Assembly (NCBI GenBank): GCA_039698055.1
Contig: JBDKTL010000048.1
Coordinates: 47,188 to 111,187, forward strand
Source: Methanoregula sp.
Lineage (GTDB): Archaea; Halobacteriota; Methanomicrobia; Methanomicrobiales; Methanospirillaceae
Length of the DNA: 64,000 nucleotides
Reading direction: 5' to 3'
The translations under genes were made by a program, and so were the position numbers. Numbering within the stretch: the stretch's first letter is position 1; each line of letters opens with the position of its first letter. The notes under the pieces are model-generated. The model worked only from the letters and a program-made list of their open reading frames with translations, was not told the DNA's origin and ran no database searches. Below are positions 51,728 to 61,712 of this stretch, in pieces.

Positions 51728-52150
51728 ATCCGTGGTCGGGACGTGGGGAAATTCTTTTTTTGCGTAGAGCCGGCACGTAGTCCGGTCAAGAATAATGCCC
51801 ATGGCTGCCGCGTACGATGCCACGCGGTTGGGAGGCATTTCCGCAAAAAGCGTGATCGCCAGATCGACAACCGGCGAGCCCATGCGGGTTTTAGGATAGA
51901 AAGGCTCGTTCGCATAGCAGAGCGTGTTGCAGTCCCGGCAGTAAAACCGTTTTACGTAAACATACAGCGTCCGTGTCGCAGTTCCCTCCCGCAGTACGGC
52001 AAACTGTTTTTTCTTTGTATCGTAACCGGCAAGTGACGTGCCACCGCAGGCCGGGCATGCAGAATGCTCCGCGAACACGACGCCATCTGCCGCGGACAAT
52101 GCCACATTCACGATAGTGGAAAGCATCGGGTGGATGCGGGGAGGTTTCAT
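51458..52150 (-). CDS. Hypothetical Zn-finger protein
   Basis: CPACGG...FYCRDC, EPFYP; likely start MKPPRI at 52150. Confidence 0.7.
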   Translation of the reverse strand: MKPPRIHPMLSTIVNVALSAADGVVFAEHSACPACGGTSLAGYDTKKKQFAVLREGTATRTLYVYVKRFYCRDCNTLCYANEPFYPKTRMGSPVVDLAITLFAEMPPNRVASYAAAMGIILDRTTCRLYAKKEFPHVPTTDLFGIRIPVSVFTLSTLATTAGEGSSIMGAEILAACGFPSAYRAPLHLPAGTKKGDEGDEQEYKEKRHVDKPHDAGDNDRPGKEDNSKPV

Positions 52151-52357
52151 GTTTCCCTGCGCCCATATGCGCGCAAATGCCAAAACCGGAATAATCTGCC
52201 GGCTTTTTGCAGGAAAAAATATTTACTTTTTTTCATAGTTCACAACAACCGTTTACTGCCGAAAAATTTAAACCCATCGATATTCATCACAAATCAGCTG
52301 ATTTTCAGCACATTTATATAGCGTTGGATAAGACCTCCTTGTGTTCGAGGAGAGAAC

Positions 52358-54418
52358 ATGGAGTTTAGTTACGTACCAACCACCTGCCCCTATTGCGGGA
52401 CAGGATGCGGATTCAACCTTGTCATCAAAGACAAGAAGGTTGTCGGCGTTGCGCCGTGGCACCGCAACCCGGTCAACGAGGGCAAGCTCTGCCCCAAGGG
52501 CAATTATGCATGGGAATTCATCAACAGCCCCGAACGGCTGACCACCCCGCTCATCAGGAAGGATGGCAAATTCGAGGAAGCCAGCTGGGACGAGGCATAC
52601 AAGTTGATCGTTTCCAAATTCAAGTCCTACAAACCAGATGAGATGGCATGTCTCTCATCGGCACGGGTCTCAAACGAAGAGAACTACCTGATGCAGAAGT
52701 TTGCCCGGGCAGTCCTCAAGACGCCCAACATCGACCACTGCGCCCGGCTCTGCCATGCATCCACGGTCGTCGGGCTTGCCGGAGCATTCGGGTCAGGTGC
52801 AATGACCCAGTCAATTGCAGACATTGCCGAATCAAAATGCCTCCTTGTCATCGGCACCAACACGTTCGAGCAGCACCCGCTGATCGGGCGGCGCATCATG
52901 CAGGCAAAGATGAACGGCGCAAAGATCATCTACGCCGACCCGCGTCTCACGCCAACAGGGAAGATCGCTGACCTGCACCTGCAGTTCTACTCAGGTACCG
53001 ATGTGGCATTGCTGAACTGCTTTATGCAGCTGATCCTCAAGAACGGCTGGGAGAACAAGGACTTCATCAAGAACCGGACCAAGGATTTCGAGAAGGTCAA
53101 AGAGCTCGTGATGAAGGATACCTACAGCCCCGAGAACGTTGCGAAGATCACCGGCGTTCCTGCAAAGGACATCATCACTGCAGCAGAATGGTTTGGCAAA
53201 TCCGGCCAGTCTGCGGTCCTCTACTCGATGGGAATCACCCAGCACACGACCGGCGTCGACAACGTCAAGTCGGTTGCAAACCTCCAGATGCTGACCGGCA
53301 ACCTCGGCAGGCCCGGCACGGGCATCTGTGCACTGCGTGGCCAGAACAATGTGCAGGGCGCCTGCGACATGGGAGCCCTTGCAAATGTGTACTCCGGGTA
53401 CCAGTCGGTGCTTGTCCCCGAGATGAAGAAGAAGATGGAAGACGCATGGGGCTGCGATATTGCCGAGGGCAAAGTCGGCCTGACGGTCACCACGCTCATC
53501 AATACCCTTGCCGATGAGCCCGGCAAGGTCAAGTGCGTCTATATCATGGGTGAGAACCCGATGCTCTCCGACCCTGACCTCCACCACGTCGAAAAGGGAT
53601 TAAAGAACGCCGAGTTCATCGTCGTCCAGGATATCTTCCTGACAGAAACTGCACAGCTTGCAGATGTGGTTCTCCCGGCGACCTGCTTTGCCGAAAAGGA
53701 CGGCACCCAGACCTCAACCGAACGCCGTGTCCAGAAGTGGAGAAAGGCACAGGACCCGCCGGGACAGGCAAAGGCTGACTGGAAGATCATCTGTGAACTC
53801 GGGGCGGCAATGGGATACGAAAAACAGTTCCCGTTCAAGAGCGCCGAAGAGATCTTCACGGAAATTGCAAAGGTTACTCCCTCGTATGCCGGCATGGATT
53901 ATGTACGCCTCGAGAAACCCGAAGCACTCCACTGGCCCTGCCCGACAAAGGAGCACCCGGGTACACCCATCCTCCACAAGGAGAAATTCTCCCACCCGGA
54001 CGGTCTTGGCATATTTACCCCGATCGAGTGGAAACCCCCGGCAGAAGTTCCGGACAACGAGTACCCGCTCCTGCTGACCACCGGCCGCTGCATCTGGCAC
54101 TGGCACACCGGTTCGATGACCCGCCGCTCTGTCGATCTCGAACGCGAGGAGCCAACCGGCTGGGTCGAGATGAACCCGGCGGATGCTGCCGCACTGGGCA
54201 TCAGGGACAAGGAGATGGTCAGGGCGATCTCCCGCAGGGGAGAGATTACGATTGGCGCCCGGGTGACCGACACTATCAAGAAGGGTGTCGTCTTCATACC
54301 GTTCCACTTCGTCGAGTGTGCGGCAAACCTCTTAACGCACAATGCACTCGACCCTGTCGCAAAGATCCCCGAGTTCAAGGCCTGTGCCTGTAAAATCGAG
54401 AAGATCAAGGAGGCCTGA
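52358..54418 (+). CDS. fdhA: Formate dehydrogenase alpha subunit (Cys-type Mo/W-bis-PGD)
   Basis: CPYCGTGC...LCPKG, DHCARLCH, LRGQNNVQGACD, PEFKACA. Confidence 0.97.
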   Translation: MEFSYVPTTCPYCGTGCGFNLVIKDKKVVGVAPWHRNPVNEGKLCPKGNYAWEFINSPERLTTPLIRKDGKFEEASWDEAYKLIVSKFKSYKPDEMACLSSARVSNEENYLMQKFARAVLKTPNIDHCARLCHASTVVGLAGAFGSGAMTQSIADIAESKCLLVIGTNTFEQHPLIGRRIMQAKMNGAKIIYADPRLTPTGKIADLHLQFYSGTDVALLNCFMQLILKNGWENKDFIKNRTKDFEKVKELVMKDTYSPENVAKITGVPAKDIITAAEWFGKSGQSAVLYSMGITQHTTGVDNVKSVANLQMLTGNLGRPGTGICALRGQNNVQGACDMGALANVYSGYQSVLVPEMKKKMEDAWGCDIAEGKVGLTVTTLINTLADEPGKVKCVYIMGENPMLSDPDLHHVEKGLKNAEFIVVQDIFLTETAQLADVVLPATCFAEKDGTQTSTERRVQKWRKAQDPPGQAKADWKIICELGAAMGYEKQFPFKSAEEIFTEIAKVTPSYAGMDYVRLEKPEALHWPCPTKEHPGTPILHKEKFSHPDGLGIFTPIEWKPPAEVPDNEYPLLLTTGRCIWHWHTGSMTRRSVDLEREEPTGWVEMNPADAAALGIRDKEMVRAISRRGEITIGARVTDTIKKGVVFIPFHFVECAANLLTHNALDPVAKIPEFKACACKIEKIKEA

Positions 54419-54420
54419 AC

Positions 54421-55671
54421 ATGACAAAGAAAGGCGATATGCTCTACGCATGGACCAATGACGCAGATATCAAGAAGAAAGCAGAACTCGGCGGTGCAGT
54501 CACCGCACTCTGGAAATACGCGCTTGAGTCAAAAGCCGTCGATGCAGTCCTTGTGATCACCAAGGGAACCGACCTCTACGATGCAAAACCGGTCCTTATC
54601 ACCGACCCAAAGGAGATCGCAAAGACCGCCGGTTCGCTCCACTGCGGAACACTCCTTCTTCCCAAGCTTATCAAGAAGTACTTTGACGGCGCCGCAACGA
54701 TGAAGATCGGCGTGACCGTCAAGGGCTGCGACGCGATGGCATTCTACGAACTGGCCAAGCGCAAGCAGGTAAACCTTGACAATATCATCATGATCGGGGT
54801 CAACTGCGGTGGATCGGTCAGTGCCGTTCCCGCCCGGAGAATGATTGCCGACAAATTCGGTGTCGACCCCGATGCAGTCCACAAGGAAGAGATTGACAAG
54901 GGCCAGTTCATTATCGAGTACGAAGGCGGACACAAGGGCATCTCGATTGATGAACTTGAAGAGGCAGGTTACGGCCGTCGTTCCAACTGCCGGCGCTGCA
55001 AGATGAAGATCCCCCGGCAGGCAGACCTTGCCTGCGGTAACTGGGGAGTCATCGGCGACAAAGCCGGGAAAGCTACCTTTGTTGAAGTATGCTCCGAAAA
55101 GGGAGCAAACCTTGTAGCAGGCGCAGTAAAAGCCGGCGTTCTTGCAACCGAAGCAGCAAACCCCAAGGGGCTTGAGATCCGGGGCAAGGTTGAAGGCGCC
55201 ATGATGAAGCTTGGCGAAAAGTGGCGCAAGCATGATTTCGAAGGTCTTGGCGAAGGCAAAGACCGGTTAAAGAAGATCATGGAAGAGACCTCCCGGTGCA
55301 TCAAGTGCTACTCCTGTATCGAGGCCTGCCCGATCTGCTACTGCGTGGACTGCACCACCAAGAACCCGACCTATGTGAAGCCCGGCGAACTCCCGCCAAA
55401 TTTCATGTTCCACCTGATCCGGTTTGCCCATATCGCAGATTCCTGCGTGAACTGCGGCCAGTGCCAGGAGCTCTGCCCGGCAGAGATCCCCAATGCACTC
55501 TTCATGCATGCCCAGCAGGTTGAACTCGAAAAGATGTTCGGCCATGTCCCGGGTGTCAGCATGGAACTGCCGCTGATGGCCTATGTCGAGGAAAAAGAAG
55601 AGCGGGCCAGGCTCGGTAACACCGGCAGCGACATGATCTACGAGAACGTGTTCAACCCGGTGAAAAAATAA
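54421..55671 (+). CDS. fdhB: F420-dependent formate dehydrogenase beta subunit
   Basis: GGAVTAL, GSLHCG, KGCD, RRSNCRRC, two ferredoxin motifs. Confidence 0.95.
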   Translation: MTKKGDMLYAWTNDADIKKKAELGGAVTALWKYALESKAVDAVLVITKGTDLYDAKPVLITDPKEIAKTAGSLHCGTLLLPKLIKKYFDGAATMKIGVTVKGCDAMAFYELAKRKQVNLDNIIMIGVNCGGSVSAVPARRMIADKFGVDPDAVHKEEIDKGQFIIEYEGGHKGISIDELEEAGYGRRSNCRRCKMKIPRQADLACGNWGVIGDKAGKATFVEVCSEKGANLVAGAVKAGVLATEAANPKGLEIRGKVEGAMMKLGEKWRKHDFEGLGEGKDRLKKIMEETSRCIKCYSCIEACPICYCVDCTTKNPTYVKPGELPPNFMFHLIRFAHIADSCVNCGQCQELCPAEIPNALFMHAQQVELEKMFGHVPGVSMELPLMAYVEEKEERARLGNTGSDMIYENVFNPVKK

Positions 55672-55974
55672 TACCATCCATCACGCATCTTTTTTTTTTA
55701 ACAGTTCTTTGTGGGCGCATGACGATTCCCGCCCGGTAAAGGTTTTTTAGCCCGTGCATCTTTTTTACCGGAGCCGCACGAACTATAAAAATTTCAGGAT
55801 GAAAGCCATGCTCCTTTATCACGTGAAGCCGGCGCCCCGCCCAAACGATCCCGGCCCGGCGAATTTTTGTTACATCGCCATAAACACAAAAACAATTCCT
55901 GCCATAAAAAAATTAGGTGATTGTGTAACATCCACCAAAAATTCGATAAACCTGAAACAAAATTTTCATTGCCG

Positions 55975-56135
55975 CTCTTGGGGGCTCCGGCAAGCCTCCG
56001 CCCCCGCCGCTCGGGCATCCCCCAGTTGTGATAGTGCCGTATTACCTGTACCTGTGTGTGCCCCCGATACAGATAATGCCGAGGCATCGCAGTGCGCCCC
56101 GTCCCCCTCGGGGGACTGGCGGCGCAAGAGGGGGG
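55975..56135. repeat. Second GC-rich hairpin element related to 48379-48595
   Basis: CTCTTG...CAAGAG ends, GTCCCCC-TC-GGGGGAC hairpin, core CATCCCCCAGTTGTGATAG. Confidence 0.5.
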
Positions 56136-56285
56136 CTGCATTTTTTGTGTTCTCCGGAGTGCAGATCTAAAAAAAATCCTGAATTGATTCAATACTAACC
56201 ATGGGTTAGTGGTGGACTTTACCTAATCACCAAAAATTTTAGCGCGATGGAATATGCATCCATCATCTCTTTTATAAAAAAAAGA

Positions 56286-56468
56286 TCAGGGATTGGCTGT
56301 ATCGAATCGTTCGAGGTAACATTCATCATACGCCAGCTTTTCACCGGGTCTGAGTGCGAGAAGAAGGCCATCTGCATGGTCCTCGCAGACACAGGCAACA
56401 CAACACCCGAGTGACTGGATCCCGATTGCATCCTTCTCGCAGTGTTCGCACTTTGGTTTAATTACCAC
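56286..56468 (-). CDS. Small Zn-finger protein, copy 2
   Basis: KCEHCEKDAIG...VCEDHADGLLLALRPGEK; AGGAG RBS. Confidence 0.75.
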   Translation of the reverse strand: MVIKPKCEHCEKDAIGIQSLGCCVACVCEDHADGLLLALRPGEKLAYDECYLERFDTANP

Positions 56469-56523
56469 AGATCGTTTCTCCTGGATTTTTTTTACAGATT
56501 ATTCTGGCGATGATGAACAGGGA

Positions 56524-56694
56524 TCAGTTGTATCGTTCGAGAACACAAACCCCGTACACTTTTTTTTCGCCGGGTCTGAGCGCAAGAAGGAGGCCGTCTG
56601 CATGGTCCTCGCAGACAAAGGCAAAACCGCCCTCAAGCGACTGGAACCCGATCGCATCCTTCTCACAGTATTCGCACTTTTTTCGTTCAGCCAT
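56524..56694 (-). CDS. Small Zn-finger protein, copy 1
   Basis: KCEYCEKDAIG...VCEDHADGLLLALRPGEK; GAGGT RBS. Confidence 0.75.
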   Translation of the reverse strand: MAERKKCEYCEKDAIGFQSLEGGFAFVCEDHADGLLLALRPGEKKVYGVCVLERYN

Positions 56695-56814
56695 GATTAC
56701 CTCATTTTGTTTTTTCATTAATACAGTTTTTTAATTTTTTTTTAAGATATCACTGCTCTACGACTCACCATCATGGTAGGATAACCTGATTCTGAAATGA
56801 TCGCCCTGTATGCG

Positions 56815-57012
56815 TCAGGCAAATGTCATGCCACGAACCCGGGTTGCATACCAGACGCCAAATCCGCTTGCGGTGGCAAAAAGAATGGTAATGACAAAGG
56901 TCAGGGCAGGCTGCTTTGCCGGATGCGCCACCATATTGAGGTAGATCGCCAGTCCCTCCACGAGGGCAAGGAGAACAACCATGATTATCAGGTTATGTTT
57001 CTTTTGCATCAT
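56815..57012 (-). CDS. Small 2-TM hypothetical protein
   Basis: Two hydrophobic helices, 65 aa. Confidence 0.55.
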   Translation of the reverse strand: MMQKKHNLIIMVVLLALVEGLAIYLNMVAHPAKQPALTFVITILFATASGFGVWYATRVRGMTFA

Positions 57013-57154
57013 GATCTCTTCAACCTGCAATACCTGCGCTGATTTTAAAAGACTTCAGTATCTCGTCCTGTCCCGGGGGTTATGGCGTTCATGTATATCA
57101 CGGTCAGCCCGCTTCAGGTACGCGTGCGATACCCCGCAGAGAACCAATTCCCGG

Positions 57155-58195
57155 TCATACCAGCCCGTGCAGATTTTGCAGCCGGGCAACCCGGGACCGG
57201 GTTTCCGCTGACGGCGGGGGAAGCGGGCGCGATGTCCGGGCGCCCTGCAAAGCGTCGATGATCCCGGCAACTGCTTCGGGCTGGGACGGGCCGTACCCTC
57301 CCTCAAGCGTGAGCGCGAGCGGCAGGTCAAGGGAATCGTGGAGCAGCCCGGCAAAATACGCAAAATCCTGGGGGAGAAGCGCCATATCGCCGACCGGATC
57401 ATCGGACAGGGCGTCCTGCCCCGAAGAGACCAGTACCAGATCCGGTTTTACCCGTTCGAGGAGCGGCAGGAACAGGTCGGTAAACACCAGCGAGTAATCC
57501 CCGACCGTGGATGCTTTCTGAAGCGGTGCATTCACGGTCCATCCGGCGGCGCCACCGGTACCGGTTTCCAGTGCAGTGCCGGAGTTTGGGAAGATACCTT
57601 CTTCGTGAACCGAACAGTACAGCACCCGGTCATTGCCAAAAAAGATATCCTGTGTCCCGTTGCCATGGTGCACGTCCCAGTCGACAATTGCAACCCGGTC
57701 AACGAGGGTCAGGGCCTTTGCCGCGGCAATCGCCACGTTGTTGATCAGGCAAAATCCCATCGCCCAGTCGGCTGCCGCATGGTGGCCCGGCGGGCGGACA
57801 AGCGCAAAACAGTTCTCGCCATCAAGGGCCCGCTCCATTGCGGCAATCGCGGACCCGGCCGCATATGTCGCAACCTCGTAAGAATAGGGATTGATGTATG
57901 TATTGGCGTCAAGAAACCCCGGGACAAACATGTTCTGCTCAAAATACCCGCCCACGCACCCGCATTCGTCGATGACCTGGTAACCGGCATGGCGTTCGCA
58001 CTGCCGGTGCAGCCATGCCAGGTACCCCGGGTGGTGAACACGCTCGATATCCTCACGAGTCGCCGCCGTGGGCGCATGGATGACAAGGGAACCCGGCAGC
58101 CGGTCGACAATAGCGCGGAGACGATCATAGCACTCGATATGGCCGGCACGGTTATGCTGTTCAAAGACCGGGCCGGTGATGGCGGAACATTTCAC
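57155..58195 (-). CDS. Histone deacetylase/AcuC family protein
   Basis: RPPGHHA, GFCLINN, DWDVHHGNGTQ, SSGQD, LEGGY. Confidence 0.93.
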   Translation of the reverse strand: MKCSAITGPVFEQHNRAGHIECYDRLRAIVDRLPGSLVIHAPTAATREDIERVHHPGYLAWLHRQCERHAGYQVIDECGCVGGYFEQNMFVPGFLDANTYINPYSYEVATYAAGSAIAAMERALDGENCFALVRPPGHHAAADWAMGFCLINNVAIAAAKALTLVDRVAIVDWDVHHGNGTQDIFFGNDRVLYCSVHEEGIFPNSGTALETGTGGAAGWTVNAPLQKASTVGDYSLVFTDLFLPLLERVKPDLVLVSSGQDALSDDPVGDMALLPQDFAYFAGLLHDSLDLPLALTLEGGYGPSQPEAVAGIIDALQGARTSRPLPPPSAETRSRVARLQNLHGLV

Positions 58196-58390
58196 GGGGT
58201 AACATCACCAGTCTGCTGCATAGGTACTCGGGTTAATTACCTGATGAATATTATGGAACAGCTCTTTTCAGAGCTCACCGCCGTAATCTGTCCCAGCGAT
58301 CCATGAACCGGACAAATTTAGTTCTCCGACGTAAAACAACCAGAAAGCATTTAGGAAGGTATTAATATCGACAAATCCGAGTATTTGTTT

Positions 58391-58481
58391 GGCCTATACC
58401 GAGCACAAAAAAGAGTCCCAAAAGGACTGGCAACGAAGAATAATCTTATTTGCCCGTATAGGTTGAAACGTTTCAGAGGTG
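58391..58481 (+). promoter_or_regulatory. Structured 5' leader of fdhC
   Basis: GGCCTATAC/GTATAGGTT stem enclosing AGTCC/GGACT and AAGA/TCTT hairpins; TGAAACGTTTCA palindrome abutting GAGGTG RBS. Confidence 0.5.
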
Positions 58482-58490
58482 TGTTAAAAA

Positions 58491-59369
58491 ATGGTGTTTC
58501 ATCCCCCGGTAGCAATTACTGCAAAGGCAGGAGATGCCGGTAAGTATAAGGTAGGTTTGCCCGCATGGAATATGCTCCTTCGCGGGTTTATGGCAGGAGC
58601 ATATATCGCCATGGGTGCGGCACTTGCAACAATGTGCAGTACCGGTATCCAGGCGAGCGATGCCGCACTGCGGTATGGTACTGCCAGTGCAGGTTTCTCC
58701 CAGCTGATTTTAGGATCGGTCTTCCCGGTCGGGCTTATTATCATCGTCCTGACTGGTGCGGAACTCTTCACCGGTGACGCAATGCTCGCCCCGATGGCAG
58801 CATTCATCCACAAAATCAGCTGGATGCAGGTCATCAACCTGTGGATCTTTGTCTACATCGGCAACCTGATCGGCTCTATTGTCTTTGCCTACATCATGGC
58901 ATACGGGCCATTTGTCTCGTTCGATGCCGCAGGAACCGCAACCGTCACGGCGTTTGGTTCCCGTGCGATTGCCATTGCAGGTGCAAAAGTCAGTTATGTT
59001 GGAATGATGGGCATGTGGTCTGCATTCCTCAAGGCTATCGCTTGTAACTGGCTCGTCAACCTCGCTATCCTGCTCGGTATCTGTGCTGACGATGCAGCCG
59101 GCAAATTCTTTGGGATCTGGTTCCCGATCATGGCCTTCGTTTCCAGCGGATTCGAACACTGTGTCGCGAACATGTATTTCATCCCCGCCGGTATCTTCAC
59201 ACAGGGATTCATCACCGACCCGACCAAGATCAATGCCGGACTCAACTGGGTCTCCATGTGGACGGCAAACATTATCCCCGTTACTATCGGTAACATTGTC
59301 GGTGGATTGTTCTTTGTCGGCGTCCTTTACTGGGTTGCATTCCGCAAAGAGATTGCAGCACTCAAGTAA
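58491..59369 (+). CDS. fdhC: Formate/nitrite transporter family channel
   Basis: FPVGL...GAELFTGD, GNLIGS, ACNWLV, GFEHCVANMY, TIGNIVGG. Confidence 0.93.
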   Translation: MVFHPPVAITAKAGDAGKYKVGLPAWNMLLRGFMAGAYIAMGAALATMCSTGIQASDAALRYGTASAGFSQLILGSVFPVGLIIIVLTGAELFTGDAMLAPMAAFIHKISWMQVINLWIFVYIGNLIGSIVFAYIMAYGPFVSFDAAGTATVTAFGSRAIAIAGAKVSYVGMMGMWSAFLKAIACNWLVNLAILLGICADDAAGKFFGIWFPIMAFVSSGFEHCVANMYFIPAGIFTQGFITDPTKINAGLNWVSMWTANIIPVTIGNIVGGLFFVGVLYWVAFRKEIAALK

Positions 59370-59809
59370 AAATTTTCCATAATCTTTTTTTATAAAAAAA
59401 TATCAATTGCCGCGTTTTCCCCGGTCGCGAAATGCCGGGAAGTGTCGTGTTTTTTTTTTTAATTTAGTCCGGTTTTAACCCATCTCCCGACTCATCCAAA
59501 GAGGCCCCTTGTTCACGGGAACATCCCGTCATTTTTACCATCGGGACCGTTTCTCCTAAAAACCAGAATGTCATCCCTGCCGTAAACAGGCATCTGCACC
59601 GGTTTAAGAGACGGTAAACCCCGCAGATTTTTTATAAAAAACCGGGCCAAAAGAAGAGCGGGATCGGGAGCGTGAAGATCTTTCATCGCCGGTATCGCGA
59701 TAAAATCGTGCACACCTAAATAGTAGGATCATCTTAATAAATCTGGATAGTCCGCAGAACAATAGCAGGGCTTTATCCCTAACAAGCCCGACTTAGAAAA
59801 AAACTGCAC

Positions 59810-61603
59810 ATGTACCGATACAGCCGCCTGATCGATCCCTATAAGCGTGTCCTTTTCATCGCGATAGTTGTCGGGATTATTTCCGGTTTTGGCTCGCTTC
59901 TGTTTTATGAAGGACTCAAGTGGGGCTCCCGTTTTTTCATGGGATACCTGCTCAATTACCAGATGCCATTTGAAGGCGAAAGCCCGGCGCTCATTTCCCA
60001 GTGGTCGGCGCCCGGCAATATTTTTCTCCTGCTTCCCATCATCTGCACCGGGGCGCTGGTCTCGGGACTGCTTATCACCTACCTTGCCCCCGAGGCAGAG
60101 GGCCACGGGACCGATGCGGCAATAAAAGCATTCCACTCCGATGGAAAGATCCGCCGGAGAGTGCCGTTTCTCAAGGCAGTAACCGCCATCCTGACCATAT
60201 CGACCGGGGGAAGCGCCGGGAGGGAGGGGCCTGCCGCCCAGATCTCCGCGGGTTTTGGCTCGATGGTTGCGGATTATTTCCACCTGTCGCCAAAAGAACG
60301 CAGGCTGGCGCTCACGACCGGGATCGGGGCCGGGATCGGGACAATCTTCAAGGCGCCGCTGGGTGGCGCTGTCCTTGCCGCTGAAATATTATACATCCGG
60401 GATTTCGAGGCCGAAGCGATCATTCCCTCGTTTCTTGCATCGATTATCGGGTACTCGATTTTCGGGCTGTACGAAGGGTTCGACCCGATATTTGCCCTGA
60501 TGCCGGTATCGTGGAACATCTGGCAGCTGCCCTTTTTCCTTGTCCTTGGGATCTTCTGTGCCCTTGTCGGTCTCCTGTACATCTCGTTTTTCTACGGGAC
60601 ACGGGATGTGTTTGCACATTTTTTCAAGGATCACAACCTGCCGCCTTATTTAAAACCGGTCAGCGGGGCACTCATCCTTGCCGGCATCGTCATCATGCTC
60701 TATTTCATTTCCCCGGATATGCAGATGCTGGGCCTTGCCGGCCTTGGCACCGGCTATGGTTTTGTCCAGCTCTCGCTGTACACGATGGTTCCCCTCATCG
60801 TCCTGCTGCTGCTCCCGTTCATGAAAATTCTTTCAACCTCCCTCACTCTTGGGTCCGGTGGGAGCGGCGGGGTGTTTGCACCGGGCCTGACCATCGGGGC
60901 TGCAACCGGAGGAGCGGTCGGCATGATCTTTCACCTCCTGTACCCGGAACTTATCCCGCTCCAGACCGTCCCGGTTTTTGGCATTGTCGGCATGATTGCA
61001 CTTTTCGGTGCCATAGCCAACGCCCCGATTGCCGTCCTGATCATGGTCGTTGAGATGATGGGAAATTTCTCGCTCCTCGTGCCGGCGATGGCAGGTGTCG
61101 GCATCGCGTACATGATCACCGGGGGCAGGACCATTTACCGGGAGCAGGTGCCGACCAAGGCACAGTCAGAAGCCCACCGGCACGAATACGGGAAACGGGT
61201 GCTCGAACAGATCCAGGTCCGCGAGGCGATGATCCCAAGAAACAAGGTGATCGTCCTGTCCCCGGACGATCCTGTCCAGAAAGCAAAGGATATCGTCGAG
61301 CAGACAGGGCATACCGGTTTTCCGGTTCTTGAAAATGACCGGCTCGTGGGAATTCTTACCGTGTCCAATATCCCGTATCACCAGAATGACGAAACCATGC
61401 TGACCACAGTCCGGGACGCGATGACAAGAGACATCATCGTTGTTTCCCCTCTTGATACGATGGAAATGGCGATGAAGACGATGATGATCCACGATATCCA
61501 CCATATACCGGTTGCCGACCCCGATCACCCGGAACAGATGCTGGGTTTCCTGACCCGGACCGATATGATGAAAATCTATTCCCGGGCCTGCCACATTATC
61601 TGA
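59810..61603 (+). CDS. ClC chloride channel/transporter with CBS pair
   Basis: APEAEGHGTD, GSAGREGP, GGVFAP, C-terminal CBS domains. Confidence 0.94.
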   Translation: MYRYSRLIDPYKRVLFIAIVVGIISGFGSLLFYEGLKWGSRFFMGYLLNYQMPFEGESPALISQWSAPGNIFLLLPIICTGALVSGLLITYLAPEAEGHGTDAAIKAFHSDGKIRRRVPFLKAVTAILTISTGGSAGREGPAAQISAGFGSMVADYFHLSPKERRLALTTGIGAGIGTIFKAPLGGAVLAAEILYIRDFEAEAIIPSFLASIIGYSIFGLYEGFDPIFALMPVSWNIWQLPFFLVLGIFCALVGLLYISFFYGTRDVFAHFFKDHNLPPYLKPVSGALILAGIVIMLYFISPDMQMLGLAGLGTGYGFVQLSLYTMVPLIVLLLLPFMKILSTSLTLGSGGSGGVFAPGLTIGAATGGAVGMIFHLLYPELIPLQTVPVFGIVGMIALFGAIANAPIAVLIMVVEMMGNFSLLVPAMAGVGIAYMITGGRTIYREQVPTKAQSEAHRHEYGKRVLEQIQVREAMIPRNKVIVLSPDDPVQKAKDIVEQTGHTGFPVLENDRLVGILTVSNIPYHQNDETMLTTVRDAMTRDIIVVSPLDTMEMAMKTMMIHDIHHIPVADPDHPEQMLGFLTRTDMMKIYSRACHII

Positions 61604-61712
61604 TCGCTCTCATCAGGCACGAGATTTGGCAGGGTGCCACACCGGGGGTTCACGGATTATTAAAACTGAGATCGCAGGACTGAAGTAGATAAACGGCACA
61701 TAGTATTTTTTA

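Noticed and set aside
52358-54418. Selenocysteine in FdhA
   Set aside because: The active-site position is Cys (CARLCH) and there is no in-frame TGA.
59700-59809. Fluoride riboswitch upstream of ClC
   Set aside because: No GGnGATGG...GCTRATGAC consensus, and the ClC lacks the CLC-F GNN/GREGT signatures.
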